Virus genome (UHGV): UHGV-1355560 | From: a virus | Reading direction: 5' to 3' (one strand) | Length of the DNA: 27,009 bases | In this document: positions 8,925 through 17,464 of the stretch, one piece after another | How the letters are laid out: every line of letters starts with the position of its first letter | Position numbering within the stretch: the stretch's first letter is position 1 | Position numbers and translations under genes: made by a program | Notes under the pieces: generated by a model | What the model was told of the DNA's origin: nothing | The model's input: the letters and a program-made list of their open reading frames with translations, nothing else | The model's database searches: none

Positions 8925-9492
8925 ATCTCTTACCGGTAAGGTTGGTGGTGATGTGATTCCTTTTACTGACATGTTCACTAGTAACAAGCCAGCATCAGAA
9001 TTCACTTACGTACTAACTCCTACTGGTGAAGTTGGTTCAATCAACACTACTACTGGTGCACTGACTTTAGCACTGGCTCCTACAGATGAAGCTATGAGTG
9101 TGAAAGCTACTCATAAAACTCAAACTTCTGTAACCGCTACTGCTACAATTACAGCAACACCGAAGCTGACAGGTCTTGTTCTTTCTTCTGTGACTAACAC
9201 CACAGTTACTGGAAGCCCTGCGGTTCCGGCTGAATCTGATACAATCACTATCACTGATTCGGGTGTTGCAGGTGTGGCTCGTGTAGATGGAGTTCCTCAA
9301 GGAGCTGTAACTGGAGCTTTGGCCTATGATGTAGAAGGTACAGACTCTTCATTGATGACAGTGGATTTAACCAGTAATGTGTTAACTATCACTCTGTCAG
9401 CACCGATTACCAGTGAAGATACAAAAATCACCATCCGAACTAATCCGGGTTCTGATGTTTTCCGTACCTATATTGTTAAATCTGGTGCATAA
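8899..9492 (+). CDS. Continuation of the Ig-like repeat region in a different frame (fourth repeat plus C-terminal domain), separated from the preceding part by a 1-nt frame break at an AAAA run (8904-8907)
   Basis: The frame-1 translation KATITGKSLTGKVGGDVIPFTDMF... completes the repeat unit that the upstream frame cuts off at VVPKSYYHR*. The ORF-track start (GTG at 8953) lies in the middle of a repeat unit with no SD. Confidence 0.55.
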   Translation, partial: FLKATITGKSLTGKVGGDVIPFTDMFTSNKPASEFTYVLTPTGEVGSINTTTGALTLALAPTDEAMSVKATHKTQTSVTATATITATPKLTGLVLSSVTNTTVTGSPAVPAESDTITITDSGVAGVARVDGVPQGAVTGALAYDVEGTDSSLMTVDLTSNVLTITLSAPITSEDTKITIRTNPGSDVFRTYIVKSGA

Positions 9493-9498
9493 GAATAA

Positions 9499-9527
9499 AG
9501 CCGCCTTCGGGTGGCTTTTCTTGTTTT
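9499..9527 (+). terminator. Rho-independent terminator (AGCCGCC-TTCG-GGTGGCT followed by a T-rich tract)
   Basis: 7-bp stem with one G-U pair, UUCG tetraloop and TTTCTTGTTTT tail directly after the capsid-extension stop. Confidence 0.7.
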
Positions 9528-9591
9528 AAGACCTATACAAGCTAGTGTGTAATGTATATTCTTTGTCTACATATAACAAGGAGGACAACCT

Positions 9592-10345
9592 ATGGCGATG
9601 CCAGATGTGGCCTATCCGATTAACACGTATGGCTGGCTTAAGAAAGCTGTTGCCTTGTGGGCCGATCGGGACGATGATGAATTTGTTAATCAAATTCCAA
9701 ACTTTATTAATTTTGCAGAGAAAGAGATTTATCGTAACTTACGTATTCCTCCTCTGGAAAAAGAAGTGTATTTAGATATCAAAGATGGAGTGGCTTATAT
9801 TCCTCCTGATTACTTAGAAGCTCAGTGGATGATGAGAGCCAAAGATGGTACAATCTTCCAAGTAACATCTCCTGAGGAGATTAGCTATCGTAGACAGCAT
9901 GGAACAATTAACCCATCCCACTGGAACAACCAGCCTGTTAACTTTGTCTCGTTTCGGGAGTCGTTTCATTTTCTATCCTAGTATTGAAGCAGATACTCCT
10001 GTTTATCCTGATGATGGAAGCCCTTTGATTCCAGCAGAAAACTCAGTGATTCTTAGCTATTATGCGGACCCACCGGAATTCCATGAAGATACAGATACCA
10101 GTGCTATCCTTACTATTGCACCAGAGCTTCTTCTGTATTTCACTCTACGTCACGCTTGCTTATTTGTTCAAGATGATAATGGAGTTCAGAAATGGTCTGC
10201 ATTAGGAAAAGCTATCCTTGATGAAATAGTAGAGCAGCATAAGAAACAAGAGTACTCAGGTTCACCTATCGCAATTCCGAATAACATGACTCGACTTCAG
10301 AGCAGCTTGCCTGATATTTATGGTATTCGTACTTCTCGTGTATAA
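9592..10345 (+). CDS. Hypothetical virion structural protein (~250 aa) split into two overlapping frames (9592-9981 and 9899-10345), a possible head-tail adaptor
   Basis: Strong SD (AGGAGG) before 9592. The second ORF has no SD, and its frame is open from 9866, overlapping the end of the first. Protein-like sequence switches from frame 1 to frame 2 near 9946. Confidence 0.5.
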
Positions 10346-10354
10346 GGAGATAAT

Positions 10355-13300
10355 ATGATCGTTTATAATAGCCAAGCACCTGATGCAGTGAATGATGTTG
10401 GGCAGTTTGGTGCTAAGGAAGGCTCTATCGGAGCTTACAAGCAAGCAGCAGAATATGCAGCTGACTCCAAATATTGGGCACTGCTAGCGGAGTCTAAGTT
10501 TGGTACAATTGATGACTTGATCACTGAAGTAGAACGTCTGTATCAACAAGGTGTTTTAATGAAGCAAGATATCGAAGATCTTAAACAGGACTTTAAAGAT
10601 CAAGATGCTCGTTTGATGACACTTATTGCTCAGACTAACGCAGCAGTGTCGGATGCTAATAATGCCGTTGCTTTAATCAATCAGAAACTTATTGAGGTTC
10701 AGAAACAGCTTGATGTTCTGTTGGGAATGTCTGTTGACGTAACTACACTTCCTCCGGGAACTCCGGCTACTGGCTCTTTTAATCCGAACACTGGTGTAAT
10801 CTCTTTAGGTATTCCAGAAGGTGATCCCGGAAAGGATGGTTCTGTTAAAGATTTGGATACAGCACCTACTGGTGTTCCAGAGCTAGGTGATTTAGGTTTC
10901 TATGTTGACAAAGATGACAATACTGTCCACAAGACTACTCTAGAGAATATTGCTAACTTAATTCCATCTGTTCGTTCTGTGTCTGTTAACGGTGGAACAC
11001 CTGCTGATGGAGAAGTTAATCTGGTCCTAGACAAAACTACTGTAGGTCTTAATAACGTAGTTAACGTAGCCTCTTATAGTATCTCTCAAGTTGACGGTAA
11101 AGTGGATGGGTATGTTAAAACCTACAGAACCAAAGCTGCTGCGGATGCTGATGTAGTTAACCGAAAGGTTGGCGAAAACATCCTAGTTTGGGAGGATTAT
11201 AAATACGTCTTCTACACTGTAGCTGCCGATAAAACACTAACTCTTTCTAAAACAGAAAATAGGATTGTTACGGTAAACTCTCGAGTTCCGGATTCTACTG
11301 GTAATATTGATATTACGATACCTACCGGTAACCCGTCTTTGTATTTGGGTGAGATGTTAATGTTCCCTTATGACCCAGCCAAACAGGTGTCATATCCGGG
11401 TGTTCTTCCAGCTGATGGTCGTCTGGTGTCTAAAGATAACGCTGCTGATTTAGGCCCATCTCTTGTCAGTGGTCAACTTCCTGTTGTTTCTGAAACTGCG
11501 TGGCAAGCTGGAGCTAAACAGTATTTCTCTTGGGGCAAGTTAGCTGATGGGGTTACTGATGCGGATTCAACAAACTTTATCAATATTCGACTTCCCGATT
11601 GGACAGGTGGTGAGGCAATTAGATCTCCAAGTAAAACAAGTGACACTCAGTATGATGGAAGACCTCTTTCTCAGGTTCCTTATGTTGTTGCTGTTAACGG
11701 TAAGATCCCTAATGAAGCAACAGGTAATGTTACAGTCACAGCATCAGATGTAGGTGCCCTTCCTACTACTGGTGGTAAGATGACAGGCCATCTAAATCTC
11801 AGCTCTGGGATTGTGTTAACAGGTACCGCGAGTTCTGGAACATCCATTAATATCGCAACTGTTGCAACTGATGGTTCCGTTCTTCTCGGTAGTGATACAG
11901 TTAAAGCTAAAGTCCTATCTTCTGATGTCCCTGTTTATGCAAGCGCTTCGGGAGAGAAGAAGTTTTACACTGAGGCTAACAAACCAACTCCTGCTGAAAT
12001 AGGGGCTGCTGCTATCACCTCTGCTGGGGTTAACGGGGATATCACTAAGCTTGAAGGTTTGGTTGGCCCTACTCGACTGGGTGGAGATGCTGTAGGTGAT
12101 CTAGATGCTGTTACCTTACGTCAGTTAAGAAACCAAGGGGGTGGCGGTGGTGGGGCTAGCTTGAACGGTGTCTCTAATTTCAATATTGGTGATTTCCGTT
12201 TAGTAGACAGTCGTGCTCTTATTCACTCTAATGACGTAACTTCTGACGGTCAATTATTATCTCGTACGGCATACCCAGATCTGTGGGCTTATGCTCAAGC
12301 GTTGTCTCCTATCACAGATGCTGCTTGGCTGGCTGACCCCCAACAAAGAGGTAAATACTCTTTAGGTGATGGTTCTACTACATTCCGTGTCCCTGACCGA
12401 AATGGTGTCCAAAGCGGCTCTATCACAGGGTTGTTTGGTAGGGGTGACTCTGGTAATTCTTCTAACAGTGGTTCAGTTTCTGATGCTTCTCTGCCAAACA
12501 TCACAGCTAGCTTCTCTTCAGACTTAAACGGAAAAGCTTGGTTTCCTTTCACTACAGCTGACGGGTCTATGCTTGTCTCAACATCCGGTAGTGGAACTTT
12601 TATGCCAACTGCTGGATATGAAACTGGGACCCAAGGAAATATACTTAGGTTCGATGCATCTAGACAATCCTCAGTTTATGGTCGATATAGTAACACCCAG
12701 AACGTAATACCTAAAAGTTTTACTGGCGTTTGGGTAATCAGGGCTACTGGTGGATTCACTGCTGCTAATACAGAGTGGTCTGTTATTAACTCCGATGCAA
12801 CCAAACCTTCTACTGGGTTTACAGTGTCTGGTGGTTTAGTCCGCTCTGAGTATAAAATAGGGACCGACCTAACTTACTCAGCAACCTTGTCTGCTTATGG
12901 GCAAATTGATGGAGCCTCCGGAACATCTGGAGCTAAAATCTTAAACGGGTCTCAGGAGTGGAAATTCAACAATGCTGGAACATTAGTTCTTCCTAATGCG
13001 GTATCTCAGCTTGGTACAGAAAGACCTGATGGAGCTATCAATGTTGATGCATACCTAAGACCTAAAGATTTGGTAGCCAACTCACTGAACTCTGTCGGTG
13101 TTGCGGCTTACGAGCGAAACGGTATGAGGATGATTAACTTCAATCAAACCACTCCTGGATATGTTTCTTACTTCTCTGGGGATTGGTATGATGGCAGTTA
13201 CACTCTTGGTGGCGTTCGTGGTACTGGTACAGACCTGATTCATGCTCAGATTGCGGTAAACAACGGTCAAGGTGTAGCAGCTGATTTTAAGTTCATGCCG

Positions 13301-13669
13301 GACGGAACTGCTCAAGCAGGGAACTGGTCAAGCACTTCAGACGAAAGACTTAAAACTAACATCAAGCGTATTGAGAATCCTATTGAAAAACTTAAGGCTA
13401 TCAAAGGTGTTACTTGGGAACGTCTTGATAAACTTCCTAAACCTAATGGTATTGGCTTCCTTGCGCAAGATGTGGAGAAGGTTTTCCCTGACGCTGTTAA
13501 GGCTCTCCAGTATTCAGACACTGAATTGAAAGATGGAACTATTGTGAAAGATGTTAAGTCTGTAGACACCTATGGGGTAGCTGCTGCACTGCATCACGAA
13601 GTCCTATTAGTTTTGTTAGATAGAATAGAAGCTCTTGAGAAAGAAGTAAATGAATTAAGGGCACGGTAA
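10355..13669 (+). CDS. Tail fibre or tailspike protein (1104 aa) with a central tail-collar-like module and a C-terminal intramolecular chaperone (peptidase S74-like) domain
   Basis: Gly-rich linkers and a C-terminal ...NWSSTSDERLKTNIKRIENPIEKLKAIKGVTWERLDK...GFLAQDVEKVFPDAV segment, matching the self-cleaving chaperone found on endosialidase-type fibres. Strong SD. Confidence 0.85.
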   Translation: MIVYNSQAPDAVNDVGQFGAKEGSIGAYKQAAEYAADSKYWALLAESKFGTIDDLITEVERLYQQGVLMKQDIEDLKQDFKDQDARLMTLIAQTNAAVSDANNAVALINQKLIEVQKQLDVLLGMSVDVTTLPPGTPATGSFNPNTGVISLGIPEGDPGKDGSVKDLDTAPTGVPELGDLGFYVDKDDNTVHKTTLENIANLIPSVRSVSVNGGTPADGEVNLVLDKTTVGLNNVVNVASYSISQVDGKVDGYVKTYRTKAAADADVVNRKVGENILVWEDYKYVFYTVAADKTLTLSKTENRIVTVNSRVPDSTGNIDITIPTGNPSLYLGEMLMFPYDPAKQVSYPGVLPADGRLVSKDNAADLGPSLVSGQLPVVSETAWQAGAKQYFSWGKLADGVTDADSTNFINIRLPDWTGGEAIRSPSKTSDTQYDGRPLSQVPYVVAVNGKIPNEATGNVTVTASDVGALPTTGGKMTGHLNLSSGIVLTGTASSGTSINIATVATDGSVLLGSDTVKAKVLSSDVPVYASASGEKKFYTEANKPTPAEIGAAAITSAGVNGDITKLEGLVGPTRLGGDAVGDLDAVTLRQLRNQGGGGGGASLNGVSNFNIGDFRLVDSRALIHSNDVTSDGQLLSRTAYPDLWAYAQALSPITDAAWLADPQQRGKYSLGDGSTTFRVPDRNGVQSGSITGLFGRGDSGNSSNSGSVSDASLPNITASFSSDLNGKAWFPFTTADGSMLVSTSGSGTFMPTAGYETGTQGNILRFDASRQSSVYGRYSNTQNVIPKSFTGVWVIRATGGFTAANTEWSVINSDATKPSTGFTVSGGLVRSEYKIGTDLTYSATLSAYGQIDGASGTSGAKILNGSQEWKFNNAGTLVLPNAVSQLGTERPDGAINVDAYLRPKDLVANSLNSVGVAAYERNGMRMINFNQTTPGYVSYFSGDWYDGSYTLGGVRGTGTDLIHAQIAVNNGQGVAADFKFMPDGTAQAGNWSSTSDERLKTNIKRIENPIEKLKAIKGVTWERLDKLPKPNGIGFLAQDVEKVFPDAVKALQYSDTELKDGTIVKDVKSVDTYGVAAALHHEVLLVLLDRIEALEKEVNELRAR

Positions 13670-13679
13670 TATAAATAAT

Positions 13680-13698
13680 GCTCCCTTCGGGGAGCTTT
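13680..13698 (+). terminator. Hairpin GCTCCC-TTCG-GGGAGC with a short T tract (weak terminator or RNA-stabilising hairpin)
   Basis: Perfect 6-bp stem with UUCG loop but only 3 T after it, immediately followed by the SD of the next fibre gene. Confidence 0.4.
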
Positions 13699-13710
13699 AA
13701 GGAGATTTAA

Positions 13711-15807
13711 ATGTCTAGAGATTTAATGCCCAAATCTGGCATACTTCAACCATATGTTGTTGTTTCCAGAGATGCAGCTGTTGTTGGCGTTTCCACTGTA
13801 GATGGTGTTGCTGGAGCTGTAAATTTAACTGATAAATACTTGCAGAAAACAGAAGCGGCTGATGTATATCAAACTAAAACAGAAGGTGCATCTAAAGATT
13901 ATGTATTAGATTCAATTAAACCTATCATGGAAGGTGCTTTGTTCAAAGCAGACCCTTTTGTAGATAATAACATCCCTTTCCGTTCTGCTGGGGCTAATGG
14001 TGTAGAGTCTGTGGATATGATGAAAGTCACCACTGATAACTCAATTAAGATTGGTAGTTATGCTTCCTCAGTTCAAGGTGTAGAAATTCACTCTGCTGGT
14101 CGTCTTCAGGTTGTTGACCAGAATGACTCTGGGGTAGAAACTAAGTACCCTGTTTATTCTAAACGATACCGCCCTGAGATTGAAGATTTACCTTTCGCTG
14201 CAATCGGAACTTATGTTAAAGATTCAAAAGGTCGTACTGTTGGTGTTACCCGTACAGGTATTAACTCTGATATCAAACAGCTTACACAGAAGGTTACTTT
14301 CACTCAGCCAGTAACTGTTGCCGATGCAGTTGGTGACTATGATGCTGTCACACTAAGACAACTCCGTAATAGTAGTGGTGGTTCTGGTGGTCCTACAATG
14401 AGCGGTATTTCTAACTTTGGTATTGGTGATTTCAGACTAGTAGACAGCCGTGCTTTTATCCAATCAAATGATGTTACCTCAGATGGTCAGCTGTTAAATC
14501 GTGCTGATTACCCAGAGCTTTGGGCTTACGCACAACTATTGACCCCAATTAGTGATGCAGATTGGCTGGCTGACCCCCAACAAAGAGGTAAATACTCTTT
14601 AGGTGATGGTTCTACTACTTTCCGCGTTCCTGATAGAAATGGCGTTCAAACCGGTTCTATCTCTGGTCTGTATGCTCGCGGTGACGGTGGTAACAGCTCC
14701 AACGACGGTACTGTTCAGCAGAACGCCGCGCCTGATATTACAGGCTCCGTTGGTGCGAACATATGGAGCGTATATGGAGATCCTACGGGGGCGATGTTTG
14801 CGGCTGATCCAGCACTTAATATTCCGTTAGGCGCAGGAACCACACCAGCGCTTTCCGTCGGCTTTCGAGCGGGCCTATCAAACGCCGCTTATGGTCGCGA
14901 CAACACGACCGAAGTCCGCACCAACAGCTTCATAGGTGTCTGGGTTATTCGTGCTAATGGTGGCTTTACTGCTGCTAATACTTCTTGGTCTGTTATTAAT
15001 GGCGACAGCGTTGCTCCGGGTACTGGAACAAAGATAGTAGGTGGTGAGATTCGTTCTGACTATAATATTGGAGACTCTATGCACATAAGATCCTCTATGC
15101 GTGCTGATGGTAACTACGGTCAACGTGGAGGTGGTGTATGGAGAATTGAGGACTATCAAGGTAAAAGTGCAGAGATATCTTTCAACCTTGGTGGTGAGTT
15201 AGTGGTCCCAACATACACCAGAGGCGTGGGGTCGGGTTTCATTGCATCTTCTAAATTAGGGTCTGATGGTCAGTGGCCTACAACATCCCCGGCGTTTATT
15301 TGTGAGCTAACAGGCAGAGTGGGTAATCCCGGAACACCGGGTGCTGTTTTCTCCATGTCTATGGCGGAGAACGTGGGTGTTGATAGCTTTGGCATACTTA
15401 GATTCTCAGGAGCAGGGGTGAATGTGGACTGGCTGTTTAACCAGTTTGGTAGTGCCATAGCTCCTGCTAACTGGGTGAGTAATTCGGATATCCGAATTAA
15501 AAAGGATATTGCTAAGATAGAAGAACCTCTTGAGAAGATGAAGAAACTACATGGGTACACTTGGCGACGCTTAGACGGGGGCCAGTTTGGTATTGGGTTC
15601 ATTGCTCAAGAAGTTCAGGATATCTATCCAGAGTTGGTCTATACAGGCCCAGACAGAACCCTCCCTGATGGAACAGTTGTCAAAGGTGTCCTATCTCCAG
15701 ATTCTACTGGTATTGCGATTGGTCTTCACCACGAAGCTATTCTGGCTTTGATGGAACAAATCGACACCCTTAAAGCAGAGATTGCTGAACTCAAATCTAA
15801 CAAATGA
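13711..15807 (+). CDS. Second tail fibre protein (698 aa) with the same tail-collar-like module and C-terminal S74-like chaperone domain
   Basis: Shares DAVTLRQLRN...GDFRLVDSRA...WLADPQQRGKYSLGDGSTTFRVPDRNGVQ with fibre 1, and has a C-terminal ...NSDIRIKKDIAKIEEPLEKMKKLHGYTWRRLDG...GFIAQEVQDIYPELV chaperone domain. Confidence 0.85.
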   Translation: MSRDLMPKSGILQPYVVVSRDAAVVGVSTVDGVAGAVNLTDKYLQKTEAADVYQTKTEGASKDYVLDSIKPIMEGALFKADPFVDNNIPFRSAGANGVESVDMMKVTTDNSIKIGSYASSVQGVEIHSAGRLQVVDQNDSGVETKYPVYSKRYRPEIEDLPFAAIGTYVKDSKGRTVGVTRTGINSDIKQLTQKVTFTQPVTVADAVGDYDAVTLRQLRNSSGGSGGPTMSGISNFGIGDFRLVDSRAFIQSNDVTSDGQLLNRADYPELWAYAQLLTPISDADWLADPQQRGKYSLGDGSTTFRVPDRNGVQTGSISGLYARGDGGNSSNDGTVQQNAAPDITGSVGANIWSVYGDPTGAMFAADPALNIPLGAGTTPALSVGFRAGLSNAAYGRDNTTEVRTNSFIGVWVIRANGGFTAANTSWSVINGDSVAPGTGTKIVGGEIRSDYNIGDSMHIRSSMRADGNYGQRGGGVWRIEDYQGKSAEISFNLGGELVVPTYTRGVGSGFIASSKLGSDGQWPTTSPAFICELTGRVGNPGTPGAVFSMSMAENVGVDSFGILRFSGAGVNVDWLFNQFGSAIAPANWVSNSDIRIKKDIAKIEEPLEKMKKLHGYTWRRLDGGQFGIGFIAQEVQDIYPELVYTGPDRTLPDGTVVKGVLSPDSTGIAIGLHHEAILALMEQIDTLKAEIAELKSNK

Positions 15808-15810
15808 GAT

Positions 15811-15829
15811 AAGCCCCTTCGGGGGCTTT
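15811..15829 (+). terminator. Hairpin AAGCCCC-TTCG-GGGGCTT after fibre 2 (weak T-tract)
   Basis: 7-bp stem with UUCG tetraloop read directly. The T-tract is short, so it may be a partial terminator. Confidence 0.4.
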
Positions 15830-15831
15830 AG

Positions 15832-15886
15832 TAGTAAGTACCCTTAGTAAGTAATGAAACTAATATATCCCAAGAGGTTAATATAT
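15832..15886 (+). promoter_or_regulatory. Intergenic region with two pairs of short direct repeats (TAGTAAGTA twice, TAATATAT twice) upstream of the lysis genes; candidate promoter or regulatory site
   Basis: TAGTAAGTA at 15832-15840 and 15845-15853; TAATATAT at 15861-15868 and 15879-15886. Lies between the fibre-2 hairpin and the SD of the 15900 ORF. Confidence 0.3.
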
Positions 15887-15899
15887 AGGAGACACTCAA

Positions 15900-16118
15900 A
15901 TGAAAATGATGAAACAGGCTGCATATGGTTTAATCTGTTTAGTTGCAGGCGTTGTGGTATCAACCGCAGTTCCTGTAAGCGCAGTTCATCCATTAGTAAC
16001 TGTCCCTGCTCCAGTAGAGAAGCTTAGCTCTCAATGCAAGCAGAGAACAATTCAAAATAACTTAGTTGTTATTTGCCCCGATGCTGAATCTAACGCTCTG
16101 AGAAAGATACTACCTTAA
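15900..16118 (+). CDS. Small membrane or secreted protein (72 aa) with one N-terminal hydrophobic segment; putative holin or lysis accessory protein
   Basis: MKMMKQ followed by a ~20-residue hydrophobic stretch, then a hydrophilic tail with 2 Cys. Located immediately upstream of the lysozyme gene. No canonical lipobox. Confidence 0.4.
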   Translation: MKMMKQAAYGLICLVAGVVVSTAVPVSAVHPLVTVPAPVEKLSSQCKQRTIQNNLVVICPDAESNALRKILP

Positions 16119-16147
16119 TTTAAAGGGACTACAAAAGGAGGTTAGGA

Positions 16148-16639
16148 ATGGATAACGCCGCATTGCCACCTGTACAACTAAACTTAAGCCCAGCTGGAAT
16201 GGAATTCATCATGAAGCATGAGGGTATGAGAACCAAGGCTTATAAAGATTCCGCAGGTATATGGACTATATGTGTAGGGGCTACGCGCGATATGAATGGT
16301 TATCCGGTTAGACAAGGATTAACGTATTCTATAGAGGATTGTCTAGCTCTGCTAGATAGAGACACACAAGACTCTGTTCGTGCTACTCAAAAGAACATAA
16401 AGGTTCCTTTACTAGTTCATGAGTTTGATGCACTCACTTCTTTCAACTTCAATGTTGGCAGTGGTGCTTTGAGCACATCTAAGTTAAGGAAGGTTATCAA
16501 TGGAGAAGTTAAAGGGGATGTATATTCCGAATTTCTTCGTTGGGATAAAATAACGGTCAAGGGAGAGAAGCAGAGAAGTCAGGGTCTTCATAATAGAAGG
16601 GTTGCAGAAGCTGATCTTTACACCGAAGGTAAATATTAA
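16148..16639 (+). CDS. Endolysin, T4-type lysozyme (glycoside hydrolase family 24)
   Basis: Motif HEGMRTKAYKDSAGIWTICVGAT matches the T4 lysozyme catalytic region (Glu, then Asp at +9, then Thr at +6). No signal peptide. Strong SD. Confidence 0.9.
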   Translation: MDNAALPPVQLNLSPAGMEFIMKHEGMRTKAYKDSAGIWTICVGATRDMNGYPVRQGLTYSIEDCLALLDRDTQDSVRATQKNIKVPLLVHEFDALTSFNFNVGSGALSTSKLRKVINGEVKGDVYSEFLRWDKITVKGEKQRSQGLHNRRVAEADLYTEGKY

Positions 16640-16651
16640 TGGAGGTGCCTT

Positions 16652-17455
16652 TTGGCTATCGAAACTAATGCGGTAGTTATTACCGACTTAAACCCGCTCT
16701 ATCCTAGAGACAGGGATTACATCTACGAAGGGGCGGCTCAAATCCGCCTCATTAAACAAACGTTACAGAACACATTCCCCAATGTTACAGAACCGGTTGA
16801 TATAGATTCTGATACCTTTAAGATTATGTCAGAGAAGCTTAAGTTTACTGGTGATGCAATGGATGTTGGTGGTCTTATGATCAAGAATGTTACTCCGGGA
16901 ACTGGTGACAAGGATGTTGTTACTAAAGGCCAGATGGAAGCGTTCATGAAGAACTGGATGGAGAATAAGCTCTATCGAATTGGTTCTTACTATATCACTG
17001 AAGAAGACATTAACCCAGGTGATTCAATCTCCTTAGGGTTTGGTTCTTGGGCTAAAGTGACTGGTGTCATTATGGGTACTGGTGTAGTAAACCCTGATGG
17101 AACTGTTCCTAATGCTCAGAGAGTTGAGTTCCAAGCAGGTGGTACTGGTGGTCGTGTCTTCAATACTATTCGAACTGAGAACGTACCTTTGATGACAGTT
17201 AATGGCTCCAGCTTCTCTCTATCCAGTAATACTCACAGTCACAATATGGTGTTTGGTCGTGGGGATGCTAGTGGTCATAACAGCTCACCAAACTGGTATA
17301 GTCCGGGTGGTGGTTATAGTCAGAGAACTGATAATGACACACATACTCATACAATCTCTGGTAGTGTAAGTCTTGGTCGTGATGATATCTCTCGTCAACC
17401 TATTAACACTTTGCCACCATTCAGAGCAGCTCACATTTGGAGACGTATTAGCTAA
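16652..17455 (+). CDS. Tail fibre-like protein (267 aa) with His-x-His motifs; TTG start
   Basis: GGAGG SD 6 nt before a TTG start codon. Gly-rich beta-type sequence with HSHNMVFG and HTHTISG motifs, which resemble the metal-binding His boxes of T4 gp12/gp37-type fibre tips. Confidence 0.6.
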   Translation: MAIETNAVVITDLNPLYPRDRDYIYEGAAQIRLIKQTLQNTFPNVTEPVDIDSDTFKIMSEKLKFTGDAMDVGGLMIKNVTPGTGDKDVVTKGQMEAFMKNWMENKLYRIGSYYITEEDINPGDSISLGFGSWAKVTGVIMGTGVVNPDGTVPNAQRVEFQAGGTGGRVFNTIRTENVPLMTVNGSSFSLSSNTHSHNMVFGRGDASGHNSSPNWYSPGGGYSQRTDNDTHTHTISGSVSLGRDDISRQPINTLPPFRAAHIWRRIS

Positions 17456-17464
17456 GGAGGAATT

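Noticed and set aside
12050-14720. Possible diversity-generating retroelement (template and variable repeats) in the duplicated tail-fibre segment
   Set aside because: Differences between the two copies are spread over all four bases rather than concentrated at adenines, and no reverse transcriptase gene is in the window.
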